A stretch of DNA of 64,000 nucleotides from Squalus acanthias (lineage: Eukaryota), in contig CM059433.1 of the NCBI GenBank assembly GCA_030390025.1, positions 12,526,001-12,590,000 on the forward strand, in the 5' to 3' direction. Under the pieces are notes generated by a model. The model saw only the letters and a list, made by a program, of their open reading frames with translations, did no database searches and had not been told where the DNA came from. Shown here piece by piece: positions 60,387-64,000 of the stretch. Within the stretch, counting starts at the first letter, position 1, and each line of letters starts with the position of its first letter. The translations under genes and the position numbers were made by a program.

Positions 60387-62376
60387 CAATTCTCTAGCAG
60401 TGGTTTGTTGGACTCTCATGCAGAGGGCGCTGGTCTACAATGGTATAGTGAAACTCCCAAGCAGAGTGCTTGATCACTCAAGCAAGAGGGTCCAGTGCAT
60501 TTAGCAATAGCTAATCTTTAGACCTTGTTGCGCCTTAGTATCATTAGCAATAGATTACTGAACTGGCATTCAAAAGCCCAAGTTTGAAACCCCAACCTTG
60601 ACTGTCTTTTGAGCACAGCAACCACTTTGCCTTCATGTGTGAGTTCAGTTTTTGATTAAGCTGCAGAATGTTCATTTTCAGGGGAAGTAAAGATTGGCAA
60701 CAGCTGATTCCATCTCACTGCATGCCTCTCCTGTTTCATATGGAGAAGCATTCATTGATAAGTCTGTGACCCAGACTATCCCACTCTTCTGACTCAAAGG
60801 TAGTCTGGAGGCAGGAGGGAGACAGAAAAAGACAAAAAATGGGGGAGGAGTAAAATAGTATTGAAGAAAAATGATTAGGCCATTGATACGGCATTCGGAA
60901 ATTCCTGTAGCATTAGCTATTATCTCATCAAATTGCAGAACTGCTTCTTCTTGAGGTTGACTCCCAGTTCTCTGAGCTCAGCCTGTTTACAGAGCAATGC
61001 CAACAATTGAAAAGATGCTTCCAGACTTTAATTCGCCCAACAATGTCAGGGTTAGGTCCATACAGGGCAACAATGTACATCTGCATATGGCCCACTCCTG
61101 GTCCGAGAAATGTCAGGCCATGGCAGGTTATGCCACCAGGGGTGGCCATTTACATTTTGCCTCCAGAAATATGCAGCAAAACCACCTTGCTAAATGGAGT
61201 TTGTTGGAGAGATTTCATTCATCCCATTAATGCTATGGAAATGCTTCTGATACTGTGCTAGTTACCAGTCACACTTGCAGGGTACAGATGGGGTGCACAC
61301 GTGTTATTGGAGTTTGCTGGTGCATACTTTGTATGAATAGACCATTAACTCAGTCTGAGGTGCTCATTACCTAGCTGTGTTCATTAATGGGTGATTACTA
61401 CATAGGAACATGGTTCAAATTTCAAAAATACCCTACTATCCTCCATCCCTTAGCTGCTCAAGTTTCTTTTGTCAAAATGTATCTCGCTCCCTCTTGAACT
61501 CTCTTTTGCTGTCTGCTTTCAGTGTCTCTCTCTTGTGCAGTTTGCTTGACATGTTTGCTCCCTCTGTGTTAAGTAATTAAATCTAAACTGCCTGTTCACT
61601 CTCCTTTGTCTGAGCTTAAGTCCTTGCCCCGGTTACAGAATTTGTGGTTATGTCAAGCAACTTATCTATACTCCTTGGAATCGTAAATACTTACTTAAGC
61701 TTCATTTTATATAATTCTAATAAGTTTTAAAATTTTATAATCTCCGGTGTCAACACCCCAGATTCCCCAGACTCTTCTCAGGGCCCTAATCCCTTAGTAG
61801 GGCGGCGTACAGGACAATAGATTACAGGGTAATTTTAGACCACCTGGAGTGAATTGCAGGTGAAAGGAGTTGTTTGCAAGCAGTCCAGCTTGCTGTTATA
61901 AAAAAAAATTAGGAAATGGAACTAGAAAAAAAATACATAAATAAACTCCTCTTACCAGTCAGCCTTTGATAGAATAGCCTGGGCTAAATGTTCAAAAAGA
62001 ATATTCAAATATTTTGAAAGTTAGAGACACTGGTATCAATTTTATAATATAAGGTAAATTCAGCTCCCAGTGGAAAGCCTCACTGGGCAACAATGAAAGT
62101 CAGAGATAGGGTTATAACGCTAAGGCCCGATTATTTAGTGAGGTTTCACATTGGGAGCCTCGCCTCACCGAATTCACATTTATTTACAGGAATAATAGAA
62201 TGAAAAGTATATTCTTTGTCAGTGGAATACTTCTTTCTTATCAGGTGATTGTATTACAACCCAAGTATTGTTTTTTAAAAAAAAAGGGGTATCCAAACTG
62301 CAGCCTGTGGGTCACCTGCGGCCCCTGAAACCTAGCAATCTGGCCCTACAAGCTCAACCAACTCCTGCCTATTTGT

Positions 62377-62576
62377 AGCAACAACAGAAACCGCTGGAAA
62401 AACTCAGCAGGCCAGGCAACATCCGTGGAGAGAGAAAGAGAGTTAACGTTTCAGGTCGAAACCCTTCGTCAGAACTCAGTTCTGTTTCTCTCTCCACGGA
62501 TGTTGCTTGGCCTGCTGAGTTTTTCCAGCGTTTTCTGTTGTTGTTTCAATTTTCCAGCATCCGCAGTATTTTGCTA
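62377..62576. mobile_element. Palindromic minimal PLE family B insertion
   Basis: Inverted arms; 14-bp TSD tcctgcctatttgt at 62363-62376 and 62577-62590. Confidence 0.85.
62441..62476 (-). ncRNA. Minimal hammerhead ribozyme (PLE family B)
   Basis: Minus strand: agtt-CTGACGA-a-gggt ttcg acct-GAA-acgt-t-aact. Confidence 0.8.
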
Positions 62577-62984
62577 TCCTGCCTATTTGTGCTTATTTTT
62601 CTTATTTTCTGGTTTATCCTGTCTGAGTTTTGTGGGCCTGGAGGATCGGAAGAGGCTGCTTTTTAGCACAGTTGCCTCGCTGGTGGCTAAATCCTAAATC
62701 AGAACACCGAGATCTGTTAGTCTTGAGATGGATGCAAATTAATAGGAACGTGAATTTAAGCTTAATATGTGGCCCCAAGTCTTCATGCTACATACTTGTG
62801 TGGGCCATGAAAACAAAAAGTTTGGACAGTCTTGTCCTAAAGGGTACAGGCTATGAAATGTATTATCTGTTTTTTTTGTGAAAGTAGCTAAAATATTTGC
62901 GCTTCAACTTCCACTTATAGTTCTTACCTTCTCTTTCCTCTTTGTTCTGGCCAGTCTGAGCAAGGTGTTTGCCTCATAACCACC

Positions 62985-63097
62985 AGTTCTGATGGAGGGT
63001 ATCACATGAAGCACCAGCCTCTCTTTCCCTATCGGAGGCTGCTTTGTGTTTCCAGCATTTCTGTGTTTATTTCACATTTCCAGCACCATTTTTCCTT
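62985..63097 (+). mobile_element. Degenerate PLE family B pLTR remnant
   Basis: ccagttctgatggagggt.. and tttccagcatttctgtgtttatttcacatttccagca resemble 1254-1350 and 330-368. Confidence 0.55.
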
Positions 63098-64000
63098 TTG
63101 ATCAGTGCGTTCTTGGGGACGATGTTTGGGAACTACTCAAGCTTTCCCTCGCTGTTTATGAAAACGTTTGATTCCCCGCGAGTGTGTTACAGCCTCAAAT
63201 TACATGAAAGGTGGTGAGTTCCTTTGCAACCCATCGTTTGAAAAATGTGCTCGTCTGTGCGATCCAGTGTCAATTTGGGTCAGCAGCCTGATGGTCTATG
63301 AAAGATTGCATCATTTTGCATCATCAGCTTGTTGTGTCTGTTTGGGGCTTCACCTAGAGGCAGCTGCAGTCAAGGAGTGATGACGCTAACAGAGGTTAAA
63401 AAAAAAAATTCACATGATATGAAAAATATTGATGGATGGCAAAGGATTACAGGCAGTATTTCAGTCTCAGGGTTCAAATGACAAACACATTTCTTTTGTG
63501 GTTAATTCTGAATAACGCAACAGGATTACTGCCTTGTAATCCGTTTGCCACCCACTCAGTATCCTCCATATAGCATACTCCCAGGCATCTGTTAAAAGTG
63601 GCTGTAGAAAACAATGTTATGACTTGAGAGTTACACTGCCACCTCCACATAACACTCTGGCCAGGGAAAGTCAAGATCTGCACATGTGCACAAACAGGCA
63701 GTGCAGAGCTCCGATTAATCGCACTCAAATATATGTTAAATGCCAATGTTAGCAAAGAGCCACTGGGATGGCTAGCTTTAAAGTTTCACTTCACAACAGC
63801 TGCAGTTAAAGTGGCCTGAGAGCACACCTCATACCTAAATTCAATTCAGGTGCTTTCACGCCTCATTCATACGACAGGGTTTGTGGTGGTGCAAAGCTGC
63901 TCTATAACAATGCAAAATGTATGGGGAAACTGGCTTGTGAGGAATTTGTTTTGTATAGGGCTTGTAAAGTCATTTGTAAGAAACTGTTTGCACAATAGAT

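Noticed and set aside
1..64000. CRISPR arrays, operons or other prokaryotic systems
   Set aside because: The sequence is vertebrate-like. Recurrent short repeats are retroelement tails, not regularly spaced repeat-spacer arrays.

Overview
Eukaryotic, repeat-dominated DNA, most likely from a cartilaginous fish (shark). This is inferred from HE1-like V-SINE and SacSINE1-like DeuSINE copies and the CR1 families. No intact host protein-coding exon could be supported. Positions 1-40.7 kb are a nest of decayed retroelements (CR1, L2, RTE, Vingi-like LINEs, tRNA-SINEs), Neptune-type Penelope-like elements (PLEs) and PIF/Harbinger transposons and MITEs. Positions ~43.7-51.6 kb are almost TE-free and look like a promoter, non-coding first exon and first intron on the + strand. 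The strongest signals are: (1) a PLE/hammerhead-ribozyme system of two families, from a near full-length RT+GIY-YIG element down to ~200-bp TSD-flanked palindromes, with covarying ribozyme helices; (2) a ~205-215-bp element present twice around the putative promoter that folds into a G-U-rich hairpin with a compensatory change; (3) a ~975-bp duplication flanking a CR1 tail, resembling a giant TSD; (4) two locally templated insertions at repair or retrotransposition junctions. All calls were made by eye. Family names come from recalled motifs, not database searches, and boundaries without a TSD are approximate.
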